Below the pieces are notes generated by a model. It was not told the DNA's origin. It did not search any database and was given only the letters and a program-made list of their open reading frames with translations. 64,000 bases of DNA from Bdellovibrionales bacterium (GTDB lineage Bacteria; Bdellovibrionota; Bdellovibrionia; Bdellovibrionales; UBA1609). Positions 27,117 to 39,091 of this stretch are shown here, piece by piece (the first letter of the stretch is position 1; each line of letters begins with the position of its first letter). A program made the position numbers and the translations under genes. The stretch lies in assembly GCA_016714165.1 (NCBI GenBank), contig JADJNU010000004.1, positions 44,944 to 108,943 on the forward strand, written 5' to 3'.

Positions 27117-28169
27117 TCATTTCTCAACAGGAATCACTCGAGACTTTATTTTGGCTGCGTAAACTTTTTGAACCCGTCCGTCATCATCTTCGTCGAAAAT
27201 GTCTCCAACAACTTCCTCTAAGATGTCTTCAATAGTCACTATACCGAGGCGCTCCCCTTGTTGATTTAGAACAATTGCCATGTGATTCTTCTTTGCTTGC
27301 AAAAGCTTCATGACTCCGAGTGCAGAATCGGTCGCGTGAATCTTGACGACTGGCCGAACAATAGACTGCCAGTTTGTATCTCCCAATTCTCGAAGTGCAA
27401 TGAATTCCTTTGTGTGAAGAACTCCCACTATTTTTCCGCTATTTTTTACAGGCAATCTTGTGTGACCTGAATGAATCACGAGCTGAAAGACTTCATCCAT
27501 GGTCGCTGAGAGCTCAACCACGACAACTTGCAGCCATGGAAGCATGATGTCTTTGATCTGTTTCCTTTCAATATCCGCCATGTTGAGCATAATTCTCTGA
27601 TGAACGGGTGAAAAACTATCGATTTCGATAGTGGTATCTTCAGTCGACATCTTTGCTTTTGATCTTGGAAAAAAAACCCTCAAAATTTTTTGTGTCGACC
27701 ACTCCAGAACTGTGATGACTGGTGAAAAAAATTGGTCGGCCCTAAAGAGCGCGGGTGCACCAAGCAGAACGATGCGTGCAGGATTACGAAGGGCTAAAGT
27801 TTTAGGTACAAGCTCGCCGACAACGACACTCAGATATGTAATAGGGAGCACGACCAAGAAAAGCGAAAGGGCTTCCGCAGACCCTTCACTCAGTGAAAAA
27901 TTCCGAATAAAATAGGGTTCAAGGCTATCTCCCGCTCCCGCGCCGCCGACCGCAGCTGCGATGGCTCCAACCATAGTGATCCCGATTTGAATAATCGATA
28001 GCGTACGTTCAGGAACCTCGCGGAAATTAATTAGAATTTTGGCGTGCTTATTTCCTGATTTTGAAAGAGCGCGAAGCTCGGCCCTTGGGATTGAAACGAA
28101 GGCCATTTCGTAAGCCGCAAGGAGAGCGTTGATTGCAAGACATAGCAAGATAATTATTACTTCATTCAT
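27117..28169 (-). CDS. CNNM/CorC (HlyC/CorC family) transporter: DUF21 TM domain plus CBS pair
   Basis: 350 aa. N-terminal 4-TM DUF21-like region, then a CBS pair (IMLPW..VVVVE.., GHTRLPV.., IVLNQQGERLGIVTIEDILEEVVGDI). The C-terminal CorC_HlyC domain appears to be absent. Confidence 0.75.
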   Translation of the reverse strand: MNEVIIILLCLAINALLAAYEMAFVSIPRAELRALSKSGNKHAKILINFREVPERTLSIIQIGITMVGAIAAAVGGAGAGDSLEPYFIRNFSLSEGSAEALSLFLVVLPITYLSVVVGELVPKTLALRNPARIVLLGAPALFRADQFFSPVITVLEWSTQKILRVFFPRSKAKMSTEDTTIEIDSFSPVHQRIMLNMADIERKQIKDIMLPWLQVVVVELSATMDEVFQLVIHSGHTRLPVKNSGKIVGVLHTKEFIALRELGDTNWQSIVRPVVKIHATDSALGVMKLLQAKKNHMAIVLNQQGERLGIVTIEDILEEVVGDIFDEDDDGRVQKVYAAKIKSRVIPVEK

Positions 28170-28326
28170 TTAAAATTCCTGATCATTGTATTTTGAGAGA
28201 GGTTGGTTGAAATATGCCCACCGAGACTGATGCTAAGAGCAATGACTGCCGAAATTGTAGAATATTCAGAATGTGAAATAGGCGCGCGACAAATAAGCCA
28301 CCACCAGGGTCGTCATCCATTCGTGA

Positions 28327-28355
28327 AGAATAGCGAGCTATCTAGAGTCTGTCAA
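28327..28355 (-). promoter_or_regulatory. putative sigma70-type promoter giving a leader of about 150-160 nt for the CNNM/CorC gene
   Basis: On the minus strand: TTGACA, a 17-nt spacer, then TATTCT. Consensus match only. Confidence 0.3.
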
Positions 28356-28614
28356 TTTTCTATTGTTCGCACGCAGTCTAGCGGCTTGGTTGCAATTGGA
28401 CGAAGTCTGGCTGCTTTGCGCAGCGAATCCGAAGGGAATCAATTTTATTTTTCCTAAGTGGATTTCTGTTTTGGTGAGTAGAGCAAGGCCAGATCCACTC
28501 TTATGGTGTTCTGATTTTCTCTTGAACAACATTCCTACGAGTTCGGAAGGTGGCTTCTTCCTGCATCATTCAGATGACGAATATGTATAGAGTTCCCCAA
28601 TAATAGTGGACAGT

Positions 28615-30348
28615 TTAGTCTAGATCGACGTTCGAGTCTCCTAATTTTATAAATCCCGGATGGGTCATAGGAAACGACGCGGAGCTAGTTTCCGACTGAC
28701 TCACGAAATCTAAAAATTGGCGCTTAGCGGACATTCCACGCAAGGTGAGAACCCATGGCTGGTTTTTCCGTTCGCCACGATCGAGAAGATCGCCCTCATC
28801 GAACTGTTGATTGATATGATAGTAATGTTCGATGGCACTTACTTGCTTGTTCTCTGCAAGTTCTGAACACAAGATGAGCCCTCTCTCCAATGTTTTTAAT
28901 TGGCTAGTAGAAATATTCGCAAGTGACAAAACCGACATTTCATTTAGAACACCGGGCTTCGCTCGAATGACTGTACAACTCTGCCCGTATTCAATCTGCA
29001 ATGCGAACGAAGCCTCTTGAAGAATCAGGTACTTGCCTACGATATATTGCCTGTCAAAGGCAGTGGCTTTGATTTCCTCCGTTGTCCAATGTAATTGGAT
29101 GGTAACGCCCATCGTATCCCTGAATAACCCCATGATTAAACCAAGTGGATTGAGGTTCAATCCTCGTACATACTTCTGGCTAGTTGAAACCGATGTTTTT
29201 GACCCCTTCATCGTATGAATATTCATGGTTCTGCCCCCAATGAATTCAGCTGATTTAATGTCGTTAATATTGGCGATTTTTGAAACATCGAACATAGAAT
29301 ACTGAGGATCGGCAAAAGCCCGACTAGAGCATTGATTTAGAAAGAAATCAAAATCAACCTTGATCGGAAGTAAGAATTTAGTGAGCCAGAAGTAACAAAT
29401 TCTCATCCCGAAATCACCCCTGACGGTTCCATTTTCATAAAGCTCATGCAGGTCTGCGATGGAAGCTGGCGCGACCTTTAACTTTGGATTCACGCGCGCA
29501 AGATCGGAGATGGCCGACCGAGCTATTGCTGAGCCGCCTTTTTCAAGATAAGGCTTGTTGAGTACGGCGAGAAAGGAATTTAACTGGTCCCCGTCTTCCA
29601 TATTGAATTCATCGAGATGCATGGCGCGGGCAAGCGAGCGTGAATTCGCAATCCGTTCCATTTGAATCACGTAGTTGGAGTGGTAGTCCCGTTTCATTGC
29701 AATTAAGGATTCAAAACTGTTGAGCGGGGTTTGTTCTGTGCTCAGAATCACGCCGGTTGAATTTTCAGATGGAATCCAAAGTCCCGAGGTCAATGCAGGA
29801 TGAATTTCGAGCGGACGATTCGAACAACCACTTTCACATCCGGTAAAGTGCTTAGTACGGCCATTGCCCCCGAGAGCAACATACAGTCTATTTCTCATGC
29901 GAAGGACTTTCAAATCACGATAACCAAACTCCACCTCAGTCGTCAGAATACCGCCATGGCTCTGTACAATGCCTTCAAGATATTCGATGGGTTCGATTTG
30001 AGTCTGGTCCTCGGTTCGACCATCAAGTGCCAATTTAAATTGGTAGTCTCCATTAGGGAGGGGAATATAAGTCCGGACTAATTTTGAACCGGAAAATTCT
30101 GGCAATGACAATCTTGCGTTGAACCGCACACGCACCTTCTGTTTCAAAGTCAAATTCAGAAAACGATCAACTTCATAACGTATTTGCAAGGCGTCCAATT
30201 TAACTTCATCCAAAGAAATGACCGCCTCGCCGCCGTCACGATAGGACTCGGAGGGCCGGCCCCCTTTGTCAGAGGAGCAACAAATTTGAAAGCTCGCAAA
30301 TATAATTCCCATACCCATTCGGAGAGAACTAAATTTTAGACTTCTCAT
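28615..30348 (-). CDS. hypothetical lipoprotein (577 aa)
   Basis: Long ORF. Leader MRSLKFSSLRMGMGIIFASFQICC has a lipobox-like QIC-C. No family recognised. Confidence 0.65.
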   Translation of the reverse strand: MRSLKFSSLRMGMGIIFASFQICCSSDKGGRPSESYRDGGEAVISLDEVKLDALQIRYEVDRFLNLTLKQKVRVRFNARLSLPEFSGSKLVRTYIPLPNGDYQFKLALDGRTEDQTQIEPIEYLEGIVQSHGGILTTEVEFGYRDLKVLRMRNRLYVALGGNGRTKHFTGCESGCSNRPLEIHPALTSGLWIPSENSTGVILSTEQTPLNSFESLIAMKRDYHSNYVIQMERIANSRSLARAMHLDEFNMEDGDQLNSFLAVLNKPYLEKGGSAIARSAISDLARVNPKLKVAPASIADLHELYENGTVRGDFGMRICYFWLTKFLLPIKVDFDFFLNQCSSRAFADPQYSMFDVSKIANINDIKSAEFIGGRTMNIHTMKGSKTSVSTSQKYVRGLNLNPLGLIMGLFRDTMGVTIQLHWTTEEIKATAFDRQYIVGKYLILQEASFALQIEYGQSCTVIRAKPGVLNEMSVLSLANISTSQLKTLERGLILCSELAENKQVSAIEHYYHINQQFDEGDLLDRGERKNQPWVLTLRGMSAKRQFLDFVSQSETSSASFPMTHPGFIKLGDSNVDLD

Positions 30349-30614
30349 GCCGGATACATACCACTGAGAAAATCGTAGCGAGCGTAAAATCGGTGTAAAG
30401 AGTGAGGTTGTTTTCTATCGTGCTTTCCGGAGAATTTGGCGTTCACTTATTCTTTTGCTTCAACTATAATGAGATCCGACGATTGTTTGATAGACGTGAG
30501 AATGAGCCTATTCATTCAATATTTACGTTATTTTTACGCGCCAGATTCACGCAAACGAATTATAGTTAGAGTTCGAACTCAATTGAAGCATCCATTTAGA
30601 TTTAGCTAGAGGAG

Positions 30615-31789
30615 GTGAATATGTTATTCAAAAAGGTTGTTCTCAGCGCTCTGATTTTTGCAACAATTTGCTGTAAAAGCCAGTTTGTGATTGCCGAGGA
30701 AAAGACCTCGTCGCCATTTGAATTCAACGGTTATATGGACATTACTATCAAAATAGCCCACAAGCCCACGCTCCTGTCGCGCCTGCAATGGGACCGTCCT
30801 ATCTAGAGGGCCGGGTATTTGACAACCAACACAATGTGATGACCCTGAACATGGTCGAAGTCTCGGCTAAGCGCAAAGTTGGCGAAGTGTCTTTCCGGAT
30901 AGATTTAGCCTTCGGTCAAATGGTGGATGGCTTGGCCGGCAGTGGAAGCTTGGCCAATGGTCAACCGGCCACTGCGAACTCCACAGAGCCCACGCGCAAT
31001 GTGACCCAGGCAACAATTGGATACTCACCTTCCCAAATTCCTAAGCTTACGATCACGGTCGGCAAGTTCTATTCCATGATTGGCTATGAAACAACTAAGG
31101 CCAAAGACAATATGCAATATTCGCGCAGCCTTTCGTTTAACTATGCAATTCCCTATTGGCATGAGGGGGCGAGCTTTTCGTATGGAGTTGTTCCCGACAA
31201 GTTCAATGCGACGGTCCAGGTTCTCAACTCCTGGGACGGGCGTATTTCTGCGGAAAACAACATGTCTCCCACGCTGGCTCTTGGTCTCAACACAACTCCC
31301 GCATCGGGTTTTGCAGCCAACTACAATTTTATGACCGGCAAGGAATCCAGTGATCCTGATGCCACTCGGCAGTTGCACGAATTGAATCTGACTTATGCGA
31401 TCATCCCTGAGGTCTCGGTTGCAGCTGATTACGTTTTGGCCCTGCAAAAGCACGCCATTGCAACGGACAGTAGTTCCGCCGAGTGGAAGACTCTTGCACT
31501 CTATGTCAAATACACACCCGTGAGCTGGTATACCTTGAGCCCACGTTATGAGATTTTTGATGACTCCGACAAAGGCTTTGCGCTGAGTGGATTCAGTGGT
31601 GCGGGTGGAATTCAGCAGAAAATCACATCCTTCACTGTCGCCAACAATTTCGCGATTTCTGAAGGCCTTGAGGGTCGCTTAGAATATCGCTCGGACAAGT
31701 CGAATAAGGATGGTTATTACAAAGACAGCAATGGTAATAGTACGGACCAACAGGACTCTTACACTGTTTCATTATTGGCCAGTTTTTAG
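30615..31789 (+). CDS. putative outer-membrane porin upstream of kdp, apparent frameshift near 30742
   Basis: ORF 30615..30806 supplies the signal peptide and first strand (..EFNGYMD). ORF 30788..31789 supplies the barrel (alternating pattern, C-terminal ..LLASF). One extra T in GACATTACTAT would join them as GYMDIYYQNSPQ. Confidence 0.65.
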
Positions 31790-31888
31790 TGAAAAGAGTC
31801 CGTAACTACGGATTTTTGCGCTTTTTTTACGGGTGAATTTATAGCATTTTTATGCGCCTTGGGCGTAGATTGAAATGCAGGAGGATTT

Positions 31889-31972
31889 ATGGATTTTGTA
31901 ATTGTGGGTTTTGTTGGGTTAGGTGTTCTGATTTACCTGGGTATAGCTTTGTTTAACCCTGAAAGGTTTTGA
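31889..31972 (+). CDS. kdpF: K+-transporting ATPase subunit F
   Basis: 27-aa hydrophobic peptide MDFVIVGFVGLGVLIYLGIALFNPERF. RBS GGAGGA. Immediately upstream of kdpA. The ..PERF ending is typical of KdpF. Confidence 0.7.
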   Translation: MDFVIVGFVGLGVLIYLGIALFNPERF

Positions 31973-31983
31973 GAGGTGGTCCT

Positions 31984-33675
31984 ATGAAGTTCACCGATGT
32001 GACACAAATCATTTTTTATTCGGTTACATTGATTGTCCTGACTCCTCCGCTTGGGGTCTTCATGCACAAGGTCTTTGAAGGTCAAAGGACTTTTTTGACT
32101 CCGGTACTTGGGTGGCTCGAAACGCTCACATATAGAATCGCGGGCGTAAACGAAAATGAGGACATGAATTGGAAGGACTATGTGAAGGCTCTTCTGTGGT
32201 TCAATTTTTTTGGCTTTCTGGCGGTGTTCCTGCTGCAGATGTTTCAGCAGACTTTGCCACTTAATCCGCAAGGCCTATCGAACCCGACTTGGCACTCTTC
32301 GTTCAATACGGCGGTGAGCTTTATGACCAACACCAATTGGCAGGGTTATGGTGGTGAAGTCACAATGTCGTATTTCACGCAAATGCTCGGCCTTGGTGTG
32401 CAAAACTTCGTGAGTGCCGCAACTGGTGCCGCTGTATTTTTGGCTTTGGCGCGCGGAATCTTAAGAAAATCTGGAAGTACCATTGGAAATTTCTGGATCG
32501 ATTTAACTCGCACGACGGTTTACGTTCTTCTGCCGCTCTCTTTTGTGTTGGCACTGGTCCTCATCAGTCAGGGCGTTGTGCAAAGCTTCGGTTCTTATAA
32601 AGACGTGGTCACGATGGAAGGAGCCAAGCAGACGATTCCTCTGGGACCTGCTGCTTCGCAAGTCGCGATTAAACAGCTCGGCACCAACGGCGGCGGATTT
32701 TTCAATGCCAACAGTTCCGTTCCCATGGAGAATCCAACACCATTCTCCAATTTTCTTCAAATGCTGGCACTCTTGTTGATTCCAGCGGCGCTGACATACA
32801 CCTACGGGCGAATGGTAAAATCGCAGCGGCAGGGTTGGGCTATTTTCGCCGTTATGTTCTTTGTTTGGTTCGGCGGGTTGGTGCTCTCCATGTATTCTGA
32901 GTACATCACTAATCCCGCGTTTCAGCAGTCGGGAATCATGGAGGGTAAGGAGACCCGGTTCGGTGTGGTAAACAGCTTGATCTGGTCGACTGCCACCACC
33001 TCGGCCTCTAATGGTTCGGTAAATGCCATGCACTCGAGCCTGTCACCGATTGCGGGTGGGGTGGCATTGTTTAATATCATGCTCGGCGAGGTGATTTTTG
33101 GGGGTGTGGGAGCGGGGATGTACGGTATGCTCCTATTTGTTCTTCTCACTGTTTTTTTATCAGGCCTTATGGTCGGCCGTTCCCCCGAATACCTCGGCAA
33201 AAAGATCGAGGCGCCTGAAATAAAAATGGCGATACTTGGGATTCTCGCACCTTGCGCGGTCATTTTGTTGGGGGCGTCCTTGTCTGCCGTCATTCCGGCC
33301 GGACTATCCAGTTTGGCGAACAAAGGTCCGCATGGTCTTTCGGAAATTCTTTATGCTTTCACCTCAGCAGCCGGCAACAACGGCAGCGCATTTGCGGGGC
33401 TGAACGCAAACACCCCCTATTACAATGTGATGTTGGCGCTTGTGATGTTGGTCGGCCGTTTTGTCGTCATCATTCCGGCACTGGCCATCGCGGGTCAGTT
33501 GGTTAAGAAAAAGAGCTCACCTTTAACAGCTGGCACTTTCGCGACTGACACACCTATTTTCGGCGTGCTGCTCGTGGGCGTGATCGTGATTGTTGGCGCT
33601 CTGACCTTTTTGCCCGCATTGTCTTTGGGTCCGATTGTTGAGCATTTTTTGATGTTAAAGGGACAAACCTTTTAA
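31984..33675 (+). CDS. kdpA: K+-transporting ATPase subunit A
   Basis: 563 aa from ATG 31984 (ORF track 31969). Polytopic, with [21 protein letters not shown] and AAGNNGSAF selectivity-loop motifs. Confidence 0.92.
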   Translation: MKFTDVTQIIFYSVTLIVLTPPLGVFMHKVFEGQRTFLTPVLGWLETLTYRIAGVNENEDMNWKDYVKALLWFNFFGFLAVFLLQMFQQTLPLNPQGLSNPTWHSSFNTAVSFMTNTNWQGYGGEVTMSYFTQMLGLGVQNFVSAATGAAVFLALARGILRKSGSTIGNFWIDLTRTTVYVLLPLSFVLALVLISQGVVQSFGSYKDVVTMEGAKQTIPLGPAASQVAIKQLGTNGGGFFNANSSVPMENPTPFSNFLQMLALLLIPAALTYTYGRMVKSQRQGWAIFAVMFFVWFGGLVLSMYSEYITNPAFQQSGIMEGKETRFGVVNSLIWSTATTSASNGSVNAMHSSLSPIAGGVALFNIMLGEVIFGGVGAGMYGMLLFVLLTVFLSGLMVGRSPEYLGKKIEAPEIKMAILGILAPCAVILLGASLSAVIPAGLSSLANKGPHGLSEILYAFTSAAGNNGSAFAGLNANTPYYNVMLALVMLVGRFVVIIPALAIAGQLVKKKSSPLTAGTFATDTPIFGVLLVGVIVIVGALTFLPALSLGPIVEHFLMLKGQTF

Positions 33676-33685
33676 GGGGAAATTT

Positions 33686-35779
33686 ATGGCTAAAAATACA
33701 AGCAACCAATGGACAAATCCTGAAATTTTGATCCCAGCTCTTAAAGATGCCTTTGTCAAATTGGACCCGCGCGTGCAAATGAGAAATCCTGTCATGTTTG
33801 TCACTGAAATCGGAGCAATGATCACCACTCTTTATGCGGTCTTTGGAATCGGCGGGGGATCGCATCGCTTTGAGTTTCATATCGCAGTGTGGCTGTGGTT
33901 TACAGTCTTATTTGCCAATTTTGCCGAAGCGATAGCAGAAGGAAGGGGAAAGGCCCAGGCGGCGGAATTGCGCAAGACGCGAACCGCGACCCAGGCGCGC
34001 TTGTTGAAAAATGGCAGAGAGCCCGAGTTCAAAGTGAATGCATCGGAACTCAAAAAGGGAGACATCGTGATTTGCGAGGCTGGAAACCTCATTCCCGGTG
34101 ACGGAGAAGTCATTGAAGGAATAGCCAGTGTGGATGAGTCAGCCATTACAGGTGAATCCGCTCCTGTGATTCGGGAGAGCGGGGGAGATCGCAGTGCAGT
34201 GACTGGGGGCACTCGAGTTATCAGCGATCGTATCTTGGTGAAGATTACGGCCGAACAGGGACATGCATTCCTGGATCGAATGATCGCGCTGGTCGAAGGG
34301 GCCAAACGTCAAAAAACTCCAAATGAAATTGCCTTGAGCATTGTTTTGTCTGGACTGACTATTGTTTTTTTGTTGGCAGTTATGACATTGAAGCCATTTG
34401 CAGATTACAGTGGGGCAGCGGCTGGCCAAGATCTTTCTCCTCTTGTGACGGTGCCGGTGTTGATAGCTCTTCTTGTGTGCTTGATCCCGACCACCATCGG
34501 TGGGCTATTGAGCGCCATTGGTATTAGCGGAATGGATCGGTTGATACGGCGGAACGTAATTGCCACGAGCGGTCGAGCGGTCGAGGCGGCAGGCGATATC
34601 GACGTTCTGTTGCTCGACAAGACCGGAACTATCACGCTAGGAAATCGAATGGCTACTGCATTTCTTCCCATGAAAGGAGTGAGTATTGGACGCCTGGCCG
34701 AGGCCGCGCAACTGGCTTCGCTTTCAGACGAGACTCCAGAGGGACGTTCAATCGTTGTTTTGGCCAAAGAAAAATTCTCCTTTAGAGCCGAAGCCCTGCA
34801 GCCTCACGATGCCAAGTTTATTCCCTTTACGGCGCAAACTCGAATGAGTGGAATCGATCTTGAGGAAAACGGAAAACTGCGCTCCATTCGCAAAGGCGCA
34901 GGAGACTCAATCAAAGCTTTGGTTCAGTCGAAGGGTGGCGTGCTTTCCCGGGAACTCGATATCGTGATCGAAGATATCGCTAAGAAAGGCCAGACACCCA
35001 TTGTGGTCTCTGAGGGAAGTGAAGTTCTTGGAGTTGTCCAGCTAAAAGACATTGTCAAAGGTGGAATCAAGGATCGCTTTGCAGAGCTGAGAAAAATGGG
35101 CATTCGCACAGTGATGATTACGGGGGACAACGCGATGACTGCGGCCGCCATCGCCGCCGAGGCCGGCGTTGATGATTTTATGGCTCAGGCTACTCCTGAA
35201 GCAAAGCTAAAGCGCATTCGAGAGGAGCAGGGCAAAGGACATTTGGTGGCCATGACTGGCGACGGCACGAACGATGCTCCCGCCTTGGCACAAGCGGATG
35301 TGGGAGTGGCCATGAACACTGGCACCCAAGCTGCGCGTGAAGCTGGAAATATGGTCGACCTCGACAGCAATCCGACCAAATTGATTGAAATTGTGGAAAT
35401 CGGCAAACAGCTGTTGATGACTCGCGGGTCGCTAACAACTTTTAGTATTGCCAACGACGTCGCCAAGTATTTCGCAATTCTGCCAGCCCTCTTTAGCTCA
35501 CTGTACCTCATGGGCGGTATGAAAGAGGGGCCCCTTGCGGCCTTAAACGTGATGGGTTTAAATTCTCCGGAAAGCGCCATATTGAGTGCTGTGATCTTTA
35601 ACGCACTTATTATCGTGGCTCTCATTCCTTTGGCATTGAAGGGAGTCCAATATCGCGCAATGGGTGCCTCCCTGGTATTGCAGCGAAATCTCTTGATTTA
35701 TGGACTGGGCGGTTTGATTGCTCCATTTGTCGGCATTAAAATCATCGACGTCGTGATCAATGCCATTGGCCTTGTGTGA
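33686..35779 (+). CDS. kdpB: K+-transporting P-type ATPase subunit B
   Basis: 697 aa. DKTGTIT phosphorylation motif, [12 protein letters not shown] hinge, ITGESAPV. Confidence 0.95.
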   Translation: MAKNTSNQWTNPEILIPALKDAFVKLDPRVQMRNPVMFVTEIGAMITTLYAVFGIGGGSHRFEFHIAVWLWFTVLFANFAEAIAEGRGKAQAAELRKTRTATQARLLKNGREPEFKVNASELKKGDIVICEAGNLIPGDGEVIEGIASVDESAITGESAPVIRESGGDRSAVTGGTRVISDRILVKITAEQGHAFLDRMIALVEGAKRQKTPNEIALSIVLSGLTIVFLLAVMTLKPFADYSGAAAGQDLSPLVTVPVLIALLVCLIPTTIGGLLSAIGISGMDRLIRRNVIATSGRAVEAAGDIDVLLLDKTGTITLGNRMATAFLPMKGVSIGRLAEAAQLASLSDETPEGRSIVVLAKEKFSFRAEALQPHDAKFIPFTAQTRMSGIDLEENGKLRSIRKGAGDSIKALVQSKGGVLSRELDIVIEDIAKKGQTPIVVSEGSEVLGVVQLKDIVKGGIKDRFAELRKMGIRTVMITGDNAMTAAAIAAEAGVDDFMAQATPEAKLKRIREEQGKGHLVAMTGDGTNDAPALAQADVGVAMNTGTQAAREAGNMVDLDSNPTKLIEIVEIGKQLLMTRGSLTTFSIANDVAKYFAILPALFSSLYLMGGMKEGPLAALNVMGLNSPESAILSAVIFNALIIVALIPLALKGVQYRAMGASLVLQRNLLIYGLGGLIAPFVGIKIIDVVINAIGLV

Positions 35780-35795
35780 ACGGAAAGGATTTTTT

Positions 35796-36398
35796 ATGAA
35801 ACAAATTATTACTGCAATTCGGATGTTGATCTTTATGACAGTTCTGACCGGCATTGTCTATCCGCTACTCGTCACATTTGTTGGACAAGTTCTATTTGAA
35901 AAACAAGCCAATGGCAGTATGGCGCTCCGTGGAGATCTAACAGTTGGTTCATCGCTTGTGGCGCAGAATTTTGAAGATCCCAAGTATTTTTGGCCAAGGC
36001 CTTCCGGCGCAAACTTCAATCCACTGCCTTCGAGCGGAAGCAACCTGGGTCAAATCAGCGCCAGTTTAAAATTGGCGGTTGACGAGAGAAAAGCAAGGTT
36101 GAAGGCCGCTCATCCTGAAATGGGCGAGCCTCCGCAGGATTTGCTGTTCGCCTCAGGAAGCGGTTTGGACCCTGACATAAGTCCAGAGGCGGCCCGCTAT
36201 CAGCTCTCAAGGGTCGCGAAGGCCAGAGGAATAAATGAGGCCCAAGTTAAGAACCTGATTGACAAAATTCGAAAAGATCGCCAGTTCGGATTTTTTGGGG
36301 AACCGCGCGTGAATGTCTTGGCACTGAACCTGGCCCTTGATGAGAGTCAAGGAATCAAGAATTCGCCGACTGGCGAAACTCCGCCAACTGGAGAATAG
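35796..36398 (+). CDS. kdpC: K+-transporting ATPase subunit C
   Basis: 200 aa from ATG 35796. Single N-terminal TM. SGSNLGQ.., SGSGLDPDISPEAARYQ motifs. Confidence 0.9.
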   Translation: MKQIITAIRMLIFMTVLTGIVYPLLVTFVGQVLFEKQANGSMALRGDLTVGSSLVAQNFEDPKYFWPRPSGANFNPLPSSGSNLGQISASLKLAVDERKARLKAAHPEMGEPPQDLLFASGSGLDPDISPEAARYQLSRVAKARGINEAQVKNLIDKIRKDRQFGFFGEPRVNVLALNLALDESQGIKNSPTGETPPTGE

Positions 36399-36400
36399 AA

Positions 36401-39091
36401 ATGACGAGCGATGGACGTCCTGATCCCGATGCTCTCCTTCGGGCCATAGGTGAGGAAGAGCGGAGAACTAAAACAGCCGGCTTAAGAGTTTTTCTCGGAA
36501 TGTCGCCCGGGGTTGGCAAGACCTACGCGATGTTGCGAGCGGCTCGGGAACGTCTTAAAGAGGGTATCGATGTTGTTATAGGAGTGGTGGAAACCCATGG
36601 CCGCGTTGAGACCATGGCATTAGCGGAGTCTTTGCCGATCATCGCGCGAAAAAATATTGAATATAAGGGAGTCTCACTTCAAGAAATGGACTTAGACGCC
36701 ATTCTTGCCAAAAAACCAAAAATTGTTCTCGTTGATGAACTGGCTCACACCAATGCACCAGGTTCCCGTCACCAAAAACGTTATCAGGATGTTATCGAAC
36801 TCCTCGATGCGGGAATTGATGTCTATACCACCGTGAACGTGCAACATTTGGAAAGCCGCAAGGATCTTGTCGAACAGATCACTGGCGTTCCCATAAGGGA
36901 AACAGTACCGGACTCCATTCTGGAGCGGGCCGCACAAATTGAACTTGTCGACATTACCCCTAATGAACTTTTGCGGCGGTTAAGCGAAGGCAAAGTTTAC
37001 CTGGGCGACAAGAAGGAAAGGGCAGCAAAAAATTTCTTTAGGCCGAATAGCTTGACTGCCCTCCGCGAGATTGCACTTCGGGTCACGGCCGAACGGGTGG
37101 ATCAAGAGCTTCAACAGTTTCAAGGTCTGAAGCAAAATTCAGGTCCCTGGCAAACCAATGAGCGATTGATGGTGGCGGTGAGCCACAGTCCTTATTCAGA
37201 GCGACTCATCCGAACCACGAGGAGGCTCGCCTACAACCTTGAGGCGCCTTGGATCACAGTTCACGTCGACACCGGAGTTCCTTTAAATGATGAAGATCAG
37301 GCCCAATTGGCAAAAAACATTGCACTGGCGCGTGAGCTTAAGGCTGAAGTGGTGACTACGACCGATACCGACGTACCAGCAGCTCTTCGCCGTATCGCGC
37401 GACAAAAAAATGTCACTCAGGTTGTTGTTGGCCGCCCCACAAAAAGATTTTTTCGAGATCTGCTGGAGGGTGGGACACTTCTTGATCGACTGGTACGGGA
37501 AATCGGCGAAATCGACGTGCATGTCATCAGACAAGACGAGATTTCAAACTATAAGCCTCTTTTGATCACAAAAATCGAACACTTCAGCGGCCCCTTCACC
37601 TATTGGAATGCATTTTGGTTTCTGCTCGGAACTTCGTTTCTGAACGGGATCTTAGAACCTCTCATCGGTTATCGCGCCGTTGGTTTTCTATTTTTACTTG
37701 GCGTGCTAGGGGTGGGATTGGTTTCGACTATTGGTCCAACGTTTTTCGTTGCAGCGCTGAGTGCACTAGTATGGAATTACTTTTTTATTCCGCCACGGCT
37801 GACTTTTCAAGTCAATGAGCCAGAAGACGGGGTTTTGATTTTTATCTACTTGGTGGCGGCGCTGGTCACAGGTTATCTCACCAACAGGACTCGGGCTCAC
37901 GAACGAATATTGCGGGAGCGGGAGGACAGAACCAACGCGTTATTCGAGGTGTCGCAAGATATCGCGGGCAGCCGGATTAAGGACGAATTCATAGCTAAAA
38001 TCAATGCGCGCGTTGGCCGACTTTTAGACGGAGAATGCGGAATTTTGCTGGCATCAGATGAAGGTAAACTCGCTGTTAACGGATACAAAAACTATTCGCC
38101 GCGCCCTCAACTCTCCGAGAAAGAACAAGCAGTGGCTGTGTGGGCATTTGAGTCTGGAAAGGTGGCCGGATGGTCCACCGATACTCTGTCTGAATCAAAT
38201 GCGCTCTACGTCCCTTTGAAAGCACCCGACGAAACGGTTGGAGTGTTAGTTTACCAGCCAAGGACAAAACGAAAGCTCAATTTGGAACAGGAGAATATTC
38301 TCCATTCGATAGCCAGCCAATTGGCTGTTTCTTTGCAGCGTCACTTTTTTGAGAAGCGGTTGCGAGAATCGGATCGTCTCAAGGAGTCAGAGAAGATTCA
38401 TGAGACACTTCTGAATTGCATTTCTCATGAGATGCGAACGCCGTTGACTGCAGTTATGGGTACAGCAACTGCCTTGGACGACGAAGTCAATTCAAAAAAT
38501 CCAGAGTATGTGCGTGCGCTCGCGAAAAATCTTCTAGAGGCAAGCGACCGCCTCAACCGGGTTATTGAGAATCTACTGGATATGAGCCGACTCAACTCTG
38601 GCGCCCTGGCTCTTAAGCTGGAATGGCATGATATATCTGATCTTGTAGGTGTGACATTAAATAAACTTGGAAAAAACTTGAATCACAACAAGGTCGAAAT
38701 TGAATTGCCCAAGGATCTTCCGTTGGTGCAAATGGATTTTAGATTGATGGAGCATGCGCTGGCCAACCTCTTGCTGAATGCCGCTACCTATAGTCCGCTT
38801 GGTACATCCATTCGGATTTCGGCCAAAAAAGTGGATTCTACCTTATGCCTTGCAGTTGAAGATCAGGGGCCAGGAGTTCCTGAAAATCTTTTGGACAAAG
38901 TTTTCGAAAGATTTTTTCGAGTACCCGGCACGCCGACAGGCGGAGTGGGACTCGGACTTTCCATAGTTAAAAATATTGCTGAATTTCATAAAGGGAGGGT
39001 CGGTGTGGAGAATTGCCCTCAGGGAGGTGCTCGGTTTACAATCGAGTTGCCGTTCAAGGAGCCGCCACCTGTTCCGAAGGAGGATTCATGA
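36401..39091 (+). CDS. kdpD: sensor histidine kinase KdpD
   Basis: 896 aa. N-terminal KdpD domain (GMSPGVGKTYAML), Usp-like region, 4 TM helices, GAF-like region, HisKA (CISHEMRTPLT) and HATPase (EDQGPGVP..GGVGLGLSI). Confidence 0.92.
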   Translation: MTSDGRPDPDALLRAIGEEERRTKTAGLRVFLGMSPGVGKTYAMLRAARERLKEGIDVVIGVVETHGRVETMALAESLPIIARKNIEYKGVSLQEMDLDAILAKKPKIVLVDELAHTNAPGSRHQKRYQDVIELLDAGIDVYTTVNVQHLESRKDLVEQITGVPIRETVPDSILERAAQIELVDITPNELLRRLSEGKVYLGDKKERAAKNFFRPNSLTALREIALRVTAERVDQELQQFQGLKQNSGPWQTNERLMVAVSHSPYSERLIRTTRRLAYNLEAPWITVHVDTGVPLNDEDQAQLAKNIALARELKAEVVTTTDTDVPAALRRIARQKNVTQVVVGRPTKRFFRDLLEGGTLLDRLVREIGEIDVHVIRQDEISNYKPLLITKIEHFSGPFTYWNAFWFLLGTSFLNGILEPLIGYRAVGFLFLLGVLGVGLVSTIGPTFFVAALSALVWNYFFIPPRLTFQVNEPEDGVLIFIYLVAALVTGYLTNRTRAHERILREREDRTNALFEVSQDIAGSRIKDEFIAKINARVGRLLDGECGILLASDEGKLAVNGYKNYSPRPQLSEKEQAVAVWAFESGKVAGWSTDTLSESNALYVPLKAPDETVGVLVYQPRTKRKLNLEQENILHSIASQLAVSLQRHFFEKRLRESDRLKESEKIHETLLNCISHEMRTPLTAVMGTATALDDEVNSKNPEYVRALAKNLLEASDRLNRVIENLLDMSRLNSGALALKLEWHDISDLVGVTLNKLGKNLNHNKVEIELPKDLPLVQMDFRLMEHALANLLLNAATYSPLGTSIRISAKKVDSTLCLAVEDQGPGVPENLLDKVFERFFRVPGTPTGGVGLGLSIVKNIAEFHKGRVGVENCPQGGARFTIELPFKEPPPVPKEDS

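Noticed and set aside
33877-34305. Long antisense ORFs inside kdpB, kdpA, cusA, kdpD and the gliding genes (for example 33877..34305, 32503..33033, 25156..25470, 52049..52705)
   Set aside because: They lie entirely within strongly supported genes on the opposite strand and show the low-complexity Ser/Pro/Arg-rich composition typical of antisense frames.
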